This document shows positions 24,510 to 36,254 of a stretch of 45,897 nucleotides of DNA, piece after piece. The notes under the pieces were generated by a model that was given only the letters and a program-made list of their open reading frames with translations, was not told the DNA's origin and ran no database searches. Origin of the DNA: Octopus sinensis (Eukaryota); the NCBI RefSeq assembly GCF_006345805.1, contig NW_021834707.1, forward strand, positions 1 to 45,897. Reading direction: 5' to 3'. Each line of letters opens with the position of its first letter. The first letter of the stretch is position 1. A program made the position numbers and the translations under genes.

Positions 24510-25520
24510 TAGTTAGTTAGTTAGTTAGTTAATTTGGCTCAAAAGCAAATAGCAAGGCCATGTAGGGGGACATGGAGTTTAGTACAGGGTGGTGTTCATG
24601 TAAAGAGTTCAGGCCACTTGAGGTCCAGGGAGGCTTTGAACAAAGCGGTCGTCGGCATCTTCACCATCTCGTCTGGCAGCTTGTTCCACGGATCCGCAAC
24701 CCGGACGGAGAAAGCTCCTCTCCTTCGATTGAGATGAAATCGTCGCAGGTAGAGCTTTTTGGAATGACCCCGCAGCCGACGCTCCGGAGCAGGAGTGAAG
24801 AACAGCTCTTTCGAGAGGTTACACTTCCCGCTTATGATGTTGTGGGCGAGAATGAGATCACCACGGCGGCGGCTTTTTCAAGAGAATAAAGGTCGAGCGT
24901 CCTCATCCTTTCTTCGTAGCAAATTTTTGAGACCATGAACCATGCGGGTAGCCAGCCTCTGGACTCTTTCGAGGTGCTGTATGTCCTTTGAGAGATAAGG
25001 AGAAGAGGCTTGAATCCCATACTCCAATATGGGTCTCACCAGCGTGACATAGAGTGGCAGGAATATGGCTGCTGTGAGCATTCCGAATGACCGTCGAATC
25101 AAAAACAGAATTCCGCGCGCTTTGTTGGCAGCATGGACGCACTGGGCCGAAGGCGAAAAGGAGGAATCCACCAGATACCCAGGTCCTTTACCTGATCGGT
25201 CCTCTCCAGCAGCAGAGACCCGGCTCGAATCAAGTTGAGTTGCAGGAGTAGAGCCGACAGGCAGATGACAGCACTTTGACACGTTCAGACACAGGTCCCC
25301 ATCGTAGACCACTTCCAAATTTGGTGGAGGCATCGACGAAGATCCTCTATACTACCGCGAGGAGCGACCAGTTTGATATCGTCGGCAAATTAGAAGGGTG
25401 TGTTGCGTGAGGTCGTCGGGCAAGTCATTTATGAAGACTAAGAACAACAAGGCCCAAGCACTGAACCTTGATGCACGCCACTGCTCGCACTGGAGACGTC
25501 GGACCGCGAACCATTAACTT
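24510..25520 (-). pseudogene. 5'-truncated CR1-clade LINE: RT C-terminal half and 3' UTR with (TAAC)n tail
   Basis: SGVHQGSVLGP, FADDIKL, LYVTLVRPILEY...LERVQRLATRMV, RGDLI, FSVRVADPWNKLP; stop TGA at 24596-24598; several frameshifts. Confidence 0.9.
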
Positions 25521-25582
25521 GAACTTGGAAGGAGCGATCTGAGAGGAAGGCACCAACCCATCGTACAATATCCGGATGGAAA

Positions 25583-25658
25583 CTTGTGAGTGGAATTGGT
25601 AGACGGAAACTGAAAGAAGCCCGTCGTATATTTATATATATATATATATATATATATA

Positions 25659-25700
<42 letters not shown>

Positions 25701-25826
25701 ATGTGCTTGTGTTTGTACCCCAACATCACTTGACAACCGATGCTGGTGTGTTTACGTCCCCGTAACTTAGCGGTTCGGCAAAAGAGATCGATAGAATAAG
25801 TACTAGGCTTACAAAGAATATATATA
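25583..25826 (+). mobile_element. SINE B continuation after the CR1 insertion
   Basis: cttgtgagtggaattggtagacggaaactgaaagaagcccgtcg...ggcttacaaagaata. Confidence 0.9.
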
Positions 25827-25892
25827 TATATATATATATACATGTATATATATATGTATGTATATTTATATATATATACATATATATATATG

Positions 25893-25943
<51 letters not shown>

Positions 25944-26074
25944 ATGAATAGAAATGTTTTTTCTGATAATTTTTCCACTTTAATAATTGGATGTCTATAA
26001 AAATGATAAGCCATTTCTATTCATTTTTTAAAATATATAATACTGTAGCAAGAGTTTTCTATTTCTGATTCAAC

Positions 26075-26155
<81 letters not shown>

Positions 26156-26609
26156 CACTAAGTTTAGTTAGATTTTATGACGTCTAACGGAAGGAAGCGA
26201 CTCACGCATACTCTTAACATACACCGAGACCACATGCAACCACAGCTGAAACATACGACCAATACAATACATCTTATTGATTAGCGGTTGGAAGTGGAGC
26301 GTGGTTGAGCGTGACTAAGTGAGATGTAGCTGTTGAGAAATGATGATGTAAAAGACAGCCTCTAACTGACAAGAGGCGGGAATTAGATGTCAAAGTTAAT
26401 CTGCTAAGAAAGATGGCGTCGAGTAGCTTAGCAGAGATACACGAGAAAATTCCAGTATCGGACTTCTATGAAAATATCACCACGTCCGACGAAAAAATAC
26501 TTGTTCAGACGTCTAAATAAGACAAATTAGTCACGTTTTGATTCTTAAACCTTTCGGTGGTTTTGTTGTTGTTGTTGTTGTTGTTGTTGCTGTTGCTACT
26601 ACTGATTTT

Positions 26610-27047
26610 CTTTTTACTTGTTTCAGTCATTGTACTGCGGCCATGCTGGGGCACCGCCTTGAACAACCTTTTTTAGTTGAAATGAATCGACTCGAATACT
26701 ATATTTTTATATTTTATTTATTTGTTAAGCCCGGTGCTTATTCTATCAGTCTCTTTTGCCGAACTGCTAAGTTACGAGGACGTAAGTACACAAACACCGG
26801 TTGTCAAGTGATGGTGGTCAACAAATTCAGACACAAAGACGCACACACACACACACACACAAAACATATATACATATGCATATATACGACGGGATTCTTT
26901 CAGTTTCCGTCTACCTAATGCACTGTCAAGGCTTTGGTTGGCCCGAGGCTATAGTAGAAGACACTTAACCAAGGTGCCACGCATTGAGGCTGAACCTGGA
27001 ACCATGTGGTTGGGAAGCAAGCTTCTTACATGTCACGTCTGCGCATA
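26610..27047 (-). mobile_element. Full-length SINE B
   Basis: Reverse complement of family B from head to tail. Confidence 0.9.
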
Positions 27048-27162
27048 TGGTTGTTGTCACTGTTTAATTTCCTTCTTCTTTTTTTAGTTGATTCAGTCAT
27101 TGGACAGTAGCCATGCTGGAGCACTGCCTTAAAGGTTTTAGGACGAAGAAATAGAACTTAAA

Positions 27163-27294
27163 ATGATAGTATATTGTCAACTTAATGTGACAGTCCCATA
27201 AAAGGGAAGAATGCTACTGTTTCCTAGGGCTAAATAATGGTAACGTTCTTCCCTTTTATGGGACTGTCACATTAAGTTGACAACATGCTATCAT
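27163..27294. repeat. Inverted repeat with ~55-bp arms and a 22-nt spacer
   Basis: 27165-27217 versus 27240-27292: 4 mismatches in 53 bp, with a 38-bp perfect core. Confidence 0.95.
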
Positions 27295-27345
27295 CTTTAT
27301 CGCGCTGCTACTGCATAAATCTATCTGAGAGATTTTAGAAATATA

Positions 27346-27576
27346 TATTTCTTTACTACCCACAAGGAGCTAAACACAGAAGGGACAAACAAGGACAGAC
27401 AAACGAATTGAGTCGATTACATCGACCCCAGTGCGTAACTGGTACTTAATTTATCGACCCCGAAAGGATGAAAGGCAAAGTCGACCTCGGCGGAATTTGA
27501 ACTCAGAATGCAGCGGCAGACGAAATACCGCAAAGCATTTCGCCCGGCGTGCTAACGTTTCTGCCAGCTCGCCGCC
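27346..27576 (-). mobile_element. Full-length SINE A variant 1 with 13-bp TSD
   Basis: TSD ttttagaaatata at 27333-27345 and 27577-27589. Confidence 0.95.
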
Positions 27577-28383
27577 TTTTAGAAATATAAATAGAGCATA
27601 GTACTTATCTTAAAGCCTGACGCATATTATATCGATTTCTGTTGCCGAACTGCTAAGGTCCCGTAGGAGGCCATCAACAAGCCAACACAGTTTGTTAAGC
27701 GGTGGGGCGGGGAACAAAGAAACACAAACACACACACACACACGACAGGTTTCTTTCATTATCCATCAAACAAATCACTCACAAGCCTTTGGTCAACCGA
27801 GGCTATAGTAGAAACACTTGCCCCAGGTGTTGCACAAGTGGTTAGGGAACAAGTTTCTTAGCAACACATTCACACCTTATATTTGCTGCTCATTCTTTAT
27901 AAATTCGGTGTCATTCGTCCAGGTTATTGCCGCTTGTTTTTATAGATATTGAAAGGTATACGCATACGTACAGGTATGGCTGTGAAGTAAAAAGCTTGCT
28001 TCTCGGCCACATAGTTTCGGTTTTAGGCCCTCTGTGTGGCACTTTGGGCAAGCGCATTTAATATAGCCCTGGGCCGACCAAAGACTTGAAAAGAAAACAT
28101 ATACGTATATATAAATAAATATAATAATTATTTGAGAGAATATTAATCCTAATTTACAGCGGAAAATAATTCAATTTAGAAATACTAAATCAAATTTCAC
28201 ACAATAATATATATATATATATATATAAATTTGAAAACCTCCTTGTATCAATTAAAAATTAACAATTATATTACATCATCTAGAAAATTACATATAATAG
28301 AAATATTAAAATTAAAATAACAGTAATATACCGATGATTAAGTAAATTGCCAAATAATAATAAAAACGTATATAATTGGTAGA

Positions 28384-28433
<50 letters not shown>

Positions 28434-28446
28434 GTATGTATGTATG

Positions 28447-28478
<32 letters not shown>

Positions 28479-29190
28479 TTATGCGCATGTGTGTGTATGT
28501 ATGTACGTGTGTATATATGATGTATGTGGGTGAGTCTTTGTGTTTGAGTCGGTTCCCCAACCTCTTGACAACTGGTGGTGGTTTGTTTACATTCCCGTAA
28601 CCTAGTGGTTCAGCAAAAGACTCCATAAATAAAGAGGTACTGGAGTCAATTTGTTCAACTACAACCCTTCGAGGAGGTACCCCAGTATGGCCGCAGTCGA
28701 AACAAGATAAAACATAGGAAGACCATGATATAATCCAGCATTCTCCCAAAAGAAAATTGATTAGATGGTCAAGGATGGAATAACTTTTATTATAGAACGG
28801 CTCGGTCAAGGTTGCGCTGGGGTTTAACAGCAACAGCAATAACAACAATAACAAAAAACAACAACAACAATAACAAAAAGCAAAGCAGTCAACTTCCCAG
28901 ATGTCCAGAACCAAGAAGCTCGATGACGGATTTGCATTAAATTAAAGAGCCTCACACAGTGGCGTCTACCTAAAGAATATGTATATATATATATGCATAC
29001 AAATAAACGTGCTTAAACATACATGCATATATAAACAGACAAACACACACACATATATATATTTATGAATATATATGTATATATATAGTATATGTATATA
29101 TGTACTTATATATATAAATATATATATATCTATCTATCAAACTATCAATCTATATATATACACATATATGTGTGTGCCTGTGTGTGAAAG

Positions 29191-29226
<36 letters not shown>

Positions 29227-29372
29227 GTATATATATATATATATAAGCGCACAATTATATACAGTAATGTATGTATATCTAGATATACCTGTATATGTAT
29301 AAAGGTGTGTGTGCATAACATACCTGCATAAATACATACATACATGCATGCATACATACATACATACATACA

Positions 29373-29404
<32 letters not shown>

Positions 29405-30385
29405 GAAACAGGGTGAGAAAGAGAACAAGAAGTGAGAGAGAGAGGGAGAGACAGAGAAAAAGAGAGAGAAAGAGAGAGAGAGAGGAGGTGAGAAAGAAAA
29501 AGAGAGGTTATGAAGATAACATATCGATCAGAAAGAGAGGTTGCTATTGAAACGATATTACTCGGTTTGATAAAAAAAACCTACGCCTCTAACATTTTAT
29601 AGATTAACTACGAAGAATGTTGACAGAATTGATCGGTACTTTGTTATTAGTTTCTAGGAAATTACCAGACTTCATTGAAGAGACCAACCACCACACAGCA
29701 GAGCGGAATAATAAACGGTGAGCAATAATAACACGCAGGTTACGCCAATAGATGTCGCTTATGTGCTGCAAATATCTTACAAGCAACCCACGCAAGCGTT
29801 GATTTCAAATAAATTCTATCGTTTTATTTTGTGAATCTTTTTAATTCTGTCTCTAAATTAACGGTTTAACAAGAAAGAGGTGGTGAAAATAGCAGCATAT
29901 GATGGAATATTTTAAATTAGATTAGATTTGGTTTGCTTTCATTTGGTTTTCGAGTATGGCAGTATGTGTATGCCTGTGTAAGTATGGATATGAATATGTG
30001 TATATGTGTGTGTGTGTATGTGTGTGTGTTTGTGCTTGTGGAGGTGTGTGTACGTGTATGTCTATTTGTGCTGGTGTGGTTGTTTGTGTGTGGGGGGGAG
30101 TGTAAAAATACATATCTACTTTAATTTATATATATATACATCCATACATACAAACATACATATATATATAAAATATATATATATATAATATATCTATATA
30201 TTATATATATATATATAATATGCACACTCGAATATATGTTTATATGTATGTATTTATGCATCTATGTGTTTGTGTATATATATATATATATTTATATAGA
30301 TAGATAGATATGATATAGATATAGATAGATAGATGCATACATATATATAAGGTAATGCTTCAACCGGTATATATATATCATACTT

Positions 30386-30437
<52 letters not shown>

Positions 30438-30555
30438 TATGCATGTTGTGTATATATATATATATATATAAATAATATAATGCATGTATGTATATATATA
30501 TATATATAATATATATATTATATATATAATATATGTGTGTGTGTTATATGTATAT

Positions 30556-32703
30556 GTCCCCCTTTTCTCTCTCTCGCTTTCTTTCTTTTCCCTCTTCTCT
30601 GTCACGTGACTGTTGGCCGAAATCTGCCTTTCAGCTCTGACCCTCGTCGTGTTAACATCGTTGTTCTTCGTCCGCCGCTATAAAGGCTTTTTCCAATGCG
30701 CAGAGAAAAAATTTGTTTGCTTGTTATCAGTCGTAAGACACTTGTTGTTTTCACCGTAATGCTTCTGTAATTCATGTTTCTGTATTCCATTATTGTTTTT
30801 TGTTTTTTTATATCTGTCCCTTTTGCTGTCCTGGTGTTCGTATGCATTCGATCCTTCTTCCAGGAAATCTACGCTTCCAGCTTAGTTTTTCTTGGAGGGC
30901 TGGCCGTGATCTAGTAATCTCAAGATTAATCAGCCGAAATTACTACGATGATCCGGTTCTTGACTGAAGACTGAGGGGTTCGAATGTCCTGTCCATGTTT
31001 ATTGTATCGTCTTCTATCTGTTATACGTCGTTCTGTCCATGTTGTATTTTTCTACATACCTTAACATATATTCCAGGCGCCCCGTACCCCCTTTATCATT
31101 AATGTGAACACATATTCTTAATAATTGGTACGACTCTCTGTTGGTCTCTCTCTCTCTCTCATTTACTTTCTCTCTTTCTCTCTATTCATCTTTCTCTCTA
31201 CTCACTTTCTCTATTCATCTTCTCTTTCCTCTGATCCTTTGGTCTAGTCTTCCACTACCCTCCTATTTCTTTGTCTCGCTCTGCACTCACAGGTCATTCT
31301 TCGACACCCATCCCTTCTCCTCTCTGATTCCTTCTTTCTCTCTCTCTTCTCTCTTTGTTGCGTTTTGTCCCCCTTTTCTCCTCTCTCTCTCTTCTTCTTT
31401 TCTTTTCCCTCTTCTCTGTCACGTGACTGTTGGCCGAAATCTGCCTTTCAGCTCCTGACCCTCGTCGTGTTAACATCGTTGTTCTTCGTCCGCCGCTATA
31501 AAGGCTTTTTCCAATGCGCCAGAGAAAAAATTTGTTTGCTTGTTATCAGTCGTAAGACACTTGTTGTTTTCACCGTTAATGCTTCTGTAATTCATGTTTC
31601 TGTATTCCATTATTGTTTTTTTGTTTTTTTATATCTGTCCCTTTTGCTGTCCTGGTGTTCGTATGCATTCGATCCTTCTTCCAGGAAATCTACGCTTCCA
31701 GCTTAGTTTTTCTTGGAGGGCTGGCCGTGATCTAGTAATCTCAAGATTAATCAGCCGAAATTACTACGATGATCCGGTTCTTGACTGAAGACTGAGGGGT
31801 TCGAATGTCCTGTCCATGTTTATTGTATCGTCTTCTATCTGTTATACGTTCTTGTCCATGTTGTATTTTTCTACATACCTTAACATATATTCCAGGCGCC
31901 CCGTACCCCCCCCTTTATCATTAATGTGAAACACTATTCTTAATAATTGGTACGACTCTCTGTTGGTCTCTCTCTCTCTCTCTCATTTACTTTCTCTCTT
32001 TCTCTCTATTCATCTTTCTCTCTACTCACTTTCTCTATTCATCTCTTCTCTTTCCTCTGATCTTTGTTCTAGTCTTCCACTACCCCCTATTTCTTTGTCT
32101 CGCTCTGCACTCACAGGTCATTCTTCGACACCATCCCTTCTCCTCTTGATTCCTTTTTCTCTCTCTCTCTCTCTCTCTCTTTGTTGCGTTTTGTCCCCCT
32201 TTTCTCTCTCTCTCTTTCTTTTCTTTCTTTTCCCTCTTCTCTGTCACGTGCTGTTGGCCGAAATCTGCCTTTCAGCTCCTGACCCTCGTCGTTTAAACAT
32301 CGTTGTTCTTCGTCCGCCGCTATAAAGGCTTTTTCCAATGCGCCAGAGAAAAAATTTGTTTGCTTGTTATCAGTCGTAAGACACTGTGTTGTTTTCACCG
32401 TTAATGCTTCTGTAATTCATGTTTCTGTATTCCATTATTGTTTTTGTTTTTTTATATCTGTCCCTTTTGCTGTTCTGGTGTTCGTATGCATTCGATCCTT
32501 CTTCCAGGAAATCTACGCTTCAGCTTAGTTTTTCTTGGAGGGCTGCCGTGATCTAGTAATCTCAAGATTAATCAGCCGAAATTACTACGATGATCCGGTT
32601 CTTGACTGAAGACTGAGGGGTTCGAATGTCCTGTCCATGTTATTGTATCGTCTTCTATCTGTTATACGTTCTTGTCCATGTTGTATTTTTCTACATACCT
32701 TAA
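30556..32703 (+). mobile_element. ~820-bp head-to-tail array (~2.6 units), retrozyme/Penelope-like candidate
   Basis: gtcacgtg anchor at 30601, 31418 and 32243. The repeat is certain; the element class is inferred. Confidence 0.6.
30898..30970 (+). ncRNA. Atypical hammerhead-like motif, copy 1 (also ~31719-31791 and ~32541-32612)
   Basis: CTGAAGA 30964-70, GAAA 30936-39, ATC 30917-19; helices 30898-903/30930-35, 30912-18/30939-45, 30920-25/30958-63. Confidence 0.45.
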
Positions 32704-33475
32704 TATGTATATATATATATATATACTTATTATGTATATTTGTATGCACACACATGTATATCGTGGTAATGCTTCAACCGATATCGAAATATGATACATA
32801 CATTTACATAAACATACCTATATATGTATTTATATGTATATAGATATTTATATATGTATATATATATATATATGTGATAATCCAATGTGATAATCCAATG
32901 TGATAATCCAATAAGAAATTACAAATTAATTCAACAGATCTGTGACAACAACATCTACACGAATAAGTAAGAACGGAATATAAGGAGCCCGAATTTATCG
33001 TACAAAGCATATATGTTTATATTGCCTTAATCCGGGACATAACATAGTTTCCACGAGGAAGGAGATATCTTTTTTAGAAACGACGGCAAATCTGAGTTAT
33101 GCAATTGCCTGTACATTGTGTATGTATATATATATATATACATATATATATTATCTTGTATCTTTTACTTGCTACAAGTATTAGATTGCACCCATGCTGG
33201 AGCGCTACCTTGAAGAAGTTTAGTCGAACGAACCGGCGCTAACTTATTTCTTTTTAAAGTCTGGTAATTATGCTATCGGAGTCTTTTCCGAACTGCTATC
33301 TTACGAAAATGTAAACACACCAACACCGGTTGGTGTGTCATGAGACAAATGCCTTAATCCTGGTATGTATATCTCTCTGTCTGTCTGTTTGTATGTTTAT
33401 ATCTATGTATGTATGTATGTATTTATGTATGTATGTCTATATGTATTTGTATGCATGTATGTATGTATGTGTGTC

Positions 33476-34005
33476 ATTATTTCAAGATTTCTTGCCAATA
33501 GAGAAAGAACCGGATTCTAACCTAGATCCAAAGCCCCTTCATTGGAATTTCAACATCGACAACAACGTATTTTTATAGGTATATACGTATGCAGTTTTTT
33601 ATGTATGTATTCGCATGCATATAATTGCATATCTAGACATGCTCATATATATTCAAATGATAAACTTCTGGAAAGTTTTACAGATTTTTACAGTCCCAGT
33701 GATGGATTGGATCTGTAGTCTTCGAATCAGCTTTCTCCTTTCTGGTTTTGAGGAGCTTAATTTCTCAAGATTGCTATTTAAGCAGTGTGTTACATATCCT
33801 AGTGCCCCAATAATTACAAGTATAAACCTGAACTTGAAATCTGGTTAGAGTAACTTCAGATTTCTTAATAGTTCAGCGTAAGTATTCACTTTTTCTCTGA
33901 TCTTCAGCCTAATGTTAACATCCGCTGGGCCGCTGATTTCCACGACTGTACACAGTTTCTTTTCCCTGTCCCAAATCATTATATCAGGTCTATTGTGTTT
34001 ACAGT
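33476..34005 (-). pseudogene. 3' end of an R4/Dong-like non-LTR element with restriction-like endonuclease
   Basis: HNRPDIMIWDREKKLCTVVEISGPAD...EK...VIIGALG...LQIQSITGTVKI fits the RLE PD-(D/E)xK tail; one internal stop at 33845-47; terminal stop at 33653-55. Confidence 0.8.
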
Positions 34006-34241
34006 TTATGTATGTATGTATGTATGTATGTATGTATGTATGTATGTATGTATGTATGTATGTATGTGAGGGTTATACTGATTGCGGGAATGCGGGAAGT
34101 CAGCATGCTATATAAGGCGGTAATATACAGAGATTGAGTATCAAAATATTAAAAATTCCAGTAGCCTAGATATTGGAATATCAAGTTAGAAATATTGTAT
34201 TAGTCCCGATATTTCGTGTTTAAAATAGTAGTTTTATTTTA

Positions 34242-34627
34242 TACTAGCAGTATCGCCCGGCGTTGCTCGGGTTTGTTTCGACCCTTTAGAATTGGAATTT
34301 TTGAATAGTAAAAATTTTGCATTATGTAACTTGTTATTCTCTTTAAGTGAACATTTTTCTGGTTGAAATACACCGAAAAATGGCGACACAGCAGTCAAAA
34401 AATCGCTAAAAATAGAGATTTTCATAGAAAAAAAGCACCTTTTTGATGTAAATAATTTTTGGTCTTAACATCGTCCGATTTGAATTTTTTCTTCTACAGA
34501 AGGAAGCCTTCTATCATACTCTCAATTTTGGTCAACTTGCACCGCAGGGTCTCGGAGGAGATAGTGTTAGTTGAAGGCTACCAAACCTGCCATACACAGA
34601 CAACTTCAGCTTTATATATATAGAGAT
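34242..34627 (+). mobile_element. Non-autonomous Helitron/Helentron-like (Lep1/HINE-type) element
   Basis: 5' ACTAGCAGTATCGCCCGGCGTTGCTCGGG hairpin; 3' cacagacaacttcagctttatatatatagagat; inferred from terminal architecture. Confidence 0.6.
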
Positions 34628-34842
34628 ACAACATTTATCTTTGGTCTACTGAACGAGATTTATAAAACCTTAATTAAAAATGATGCGATTATATTTAGAG
34701 TATTATTTACAAAGCAAAAGACAGGGGTCGTTAAAATGAATACCAATTAAACACTGAGGTTGAAGTAATCGAGTGCCCCACCTCCATTCCAAAACTTCTT
34801 GGTCTTGCATCAAAATTCGAAATCATTCTTATCGTCTTTATT

Positions 34843-35030
34843 AAGGCGGTGAGTTGGCAGAATCATTAGCGCGCCAGGCGAAATGCTTAGCAGTATTTCG
34901 CCTGTCTTTATGTTCTGAGTTCAAATTCCGCCGAGGTCGACTTCGCCTTTCATCCTTTCGGAGTCGATGAAATAAGTACCAGTCATGTACTGGGTCGATG
35001 TGGTCGACTATCCGACCCCACCCCACCCAC
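34843..35030 (+). mobile_element. SINE A variant 2
   Basis: aaggcggtgagttggcagaatcattagc...gagttcaaattccgccgagg. Confidence 0.9.
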
Positions 35031-35510
35031 ACAGCTGATTAGTTTTCAGAATACAGTCAGGACGTTTGGAAGCTCCCTGTGCGATAAAGTTTTGTGTTAA
35101 AACTCAGCATAAACGCCCCAGAAGCTTATGAGATGCTCCAAGTTGTTTATGGATTAACCTGTATGATCCAAGCATCTATTCTTTTGCTGGCACAGGGGAA
35201 CAAGTTCATCAGGAAGCTCAGGATTATCCTCTTTTTCGGCAACAAGAGCATTATCTACATCCACTGGTTTTCCTTGTCAGGCGGTCAACAAAGATTAGTT
35301 TGTGGAGGTTTTGAAAGAGTTCAGGATTTCAGGATTTGAAAGAGTTCAGATTTCGTCACAAAAGCCCAAAGCATCTGCAAGGGGACAACGAACCAGTCTA
35401 CAATTCCATCCTACTACCCAACTGCTACTTGATAGAGATGGGCATCGAATCTGTCCCTCACTCGTCCTACAGCTCAGACCTTGCTCCCTGTGACTTTTGG
35501 TTGTTCCCCA

Positions 35511-35873
35511 GGATCTTTACGTTTTGACCGACAGATTTAAAAAATAATTTTTTGTAACTAAACACTTTCAAACTGCGGATACTAGTAGAATGTGTCATAA
35601 AAAAGATCTTTTACTCTTAGCGTTTTTGAGAAAACCTTATATTTAGGAAGTTATTTCACGTTAAAGTTGTAGTATTTCGGTAATTTCAACCAATCAATGA
35701 CATGTATTCAGCTGAATAAAATTACTGCTGTTGTTTGTCAACAAGAACTTCCGGTGGTGTATATTTCGTTTGTCGCTGTTATTTATGACATCGTTCGTGT
35801 GTTTGCACTGGTTTTAGCTTTAAGGTGTTAGGGTTAGATTTTTTTAAATCTGTGAGTCAAAAGGTAAAGATCC
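35511..35873. mobile_element. Second complete GGATC MITE (363 bp)
   Basis: TIRs ggatctttacgttttgaccgacagattt / aaatctgtgagtcaaaaggtaaagatcc; 8-bp TSD gttcccca at 35503-35510 and 35874-35881. Confidence 0.9.
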
Positions 35874-36055
35874 GTTCCCCAAGCTGAAGAAGATGATGGA
35901 GGCTGCGAAAGGGTCCTGGAGACCTTCATTTAGGAGGAGCACCATGAGGCCTCCACAAAGTAGCTGGAGTACTACGATAAGCGCATCGAAGTCAGAGGGT
36001 CCTAGTTTGAATGAGGTTACAGTTTTATACTTAATAAATGTCTCTCCTGAAAATA

Positions 36056-36254
36056 GATTTCTTGCCAATAGAGAAAAACCGGATTCTAACCTTGATCCAA
36101 AGCTCCTTCATTGGAATTTCAACATCGACAACAGCGTATTTTTATAGGTATCTACGTATGCATTTTTTATGTATGTATTCTCATGCATATACATGCATAT
36201 CAAGACATGCTCATGCATATTCAAATGATAAACCTCTGGAAAGTTTTACAGATT
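36056..36254 (-). mobile_element. Short 3' fragment of the same R4/Dong-like element
   Basis: Collinear with ~33486-33685. Confidence 0.85.

Noticed and set aside
26413-26520. 35-aa ORF with good Kozak context (MASSSLAEIHEK...)
   Set aside because: Short, with no splice donor or homology evidence.
30925-30980. Twister ribozyme reading (UAA...GCC...CCGGU...GAGGG)
   Set aside because: P1, P4 and the T2 pseudoknot cannot be paired; the hammerhead-like helices fit better and covary.
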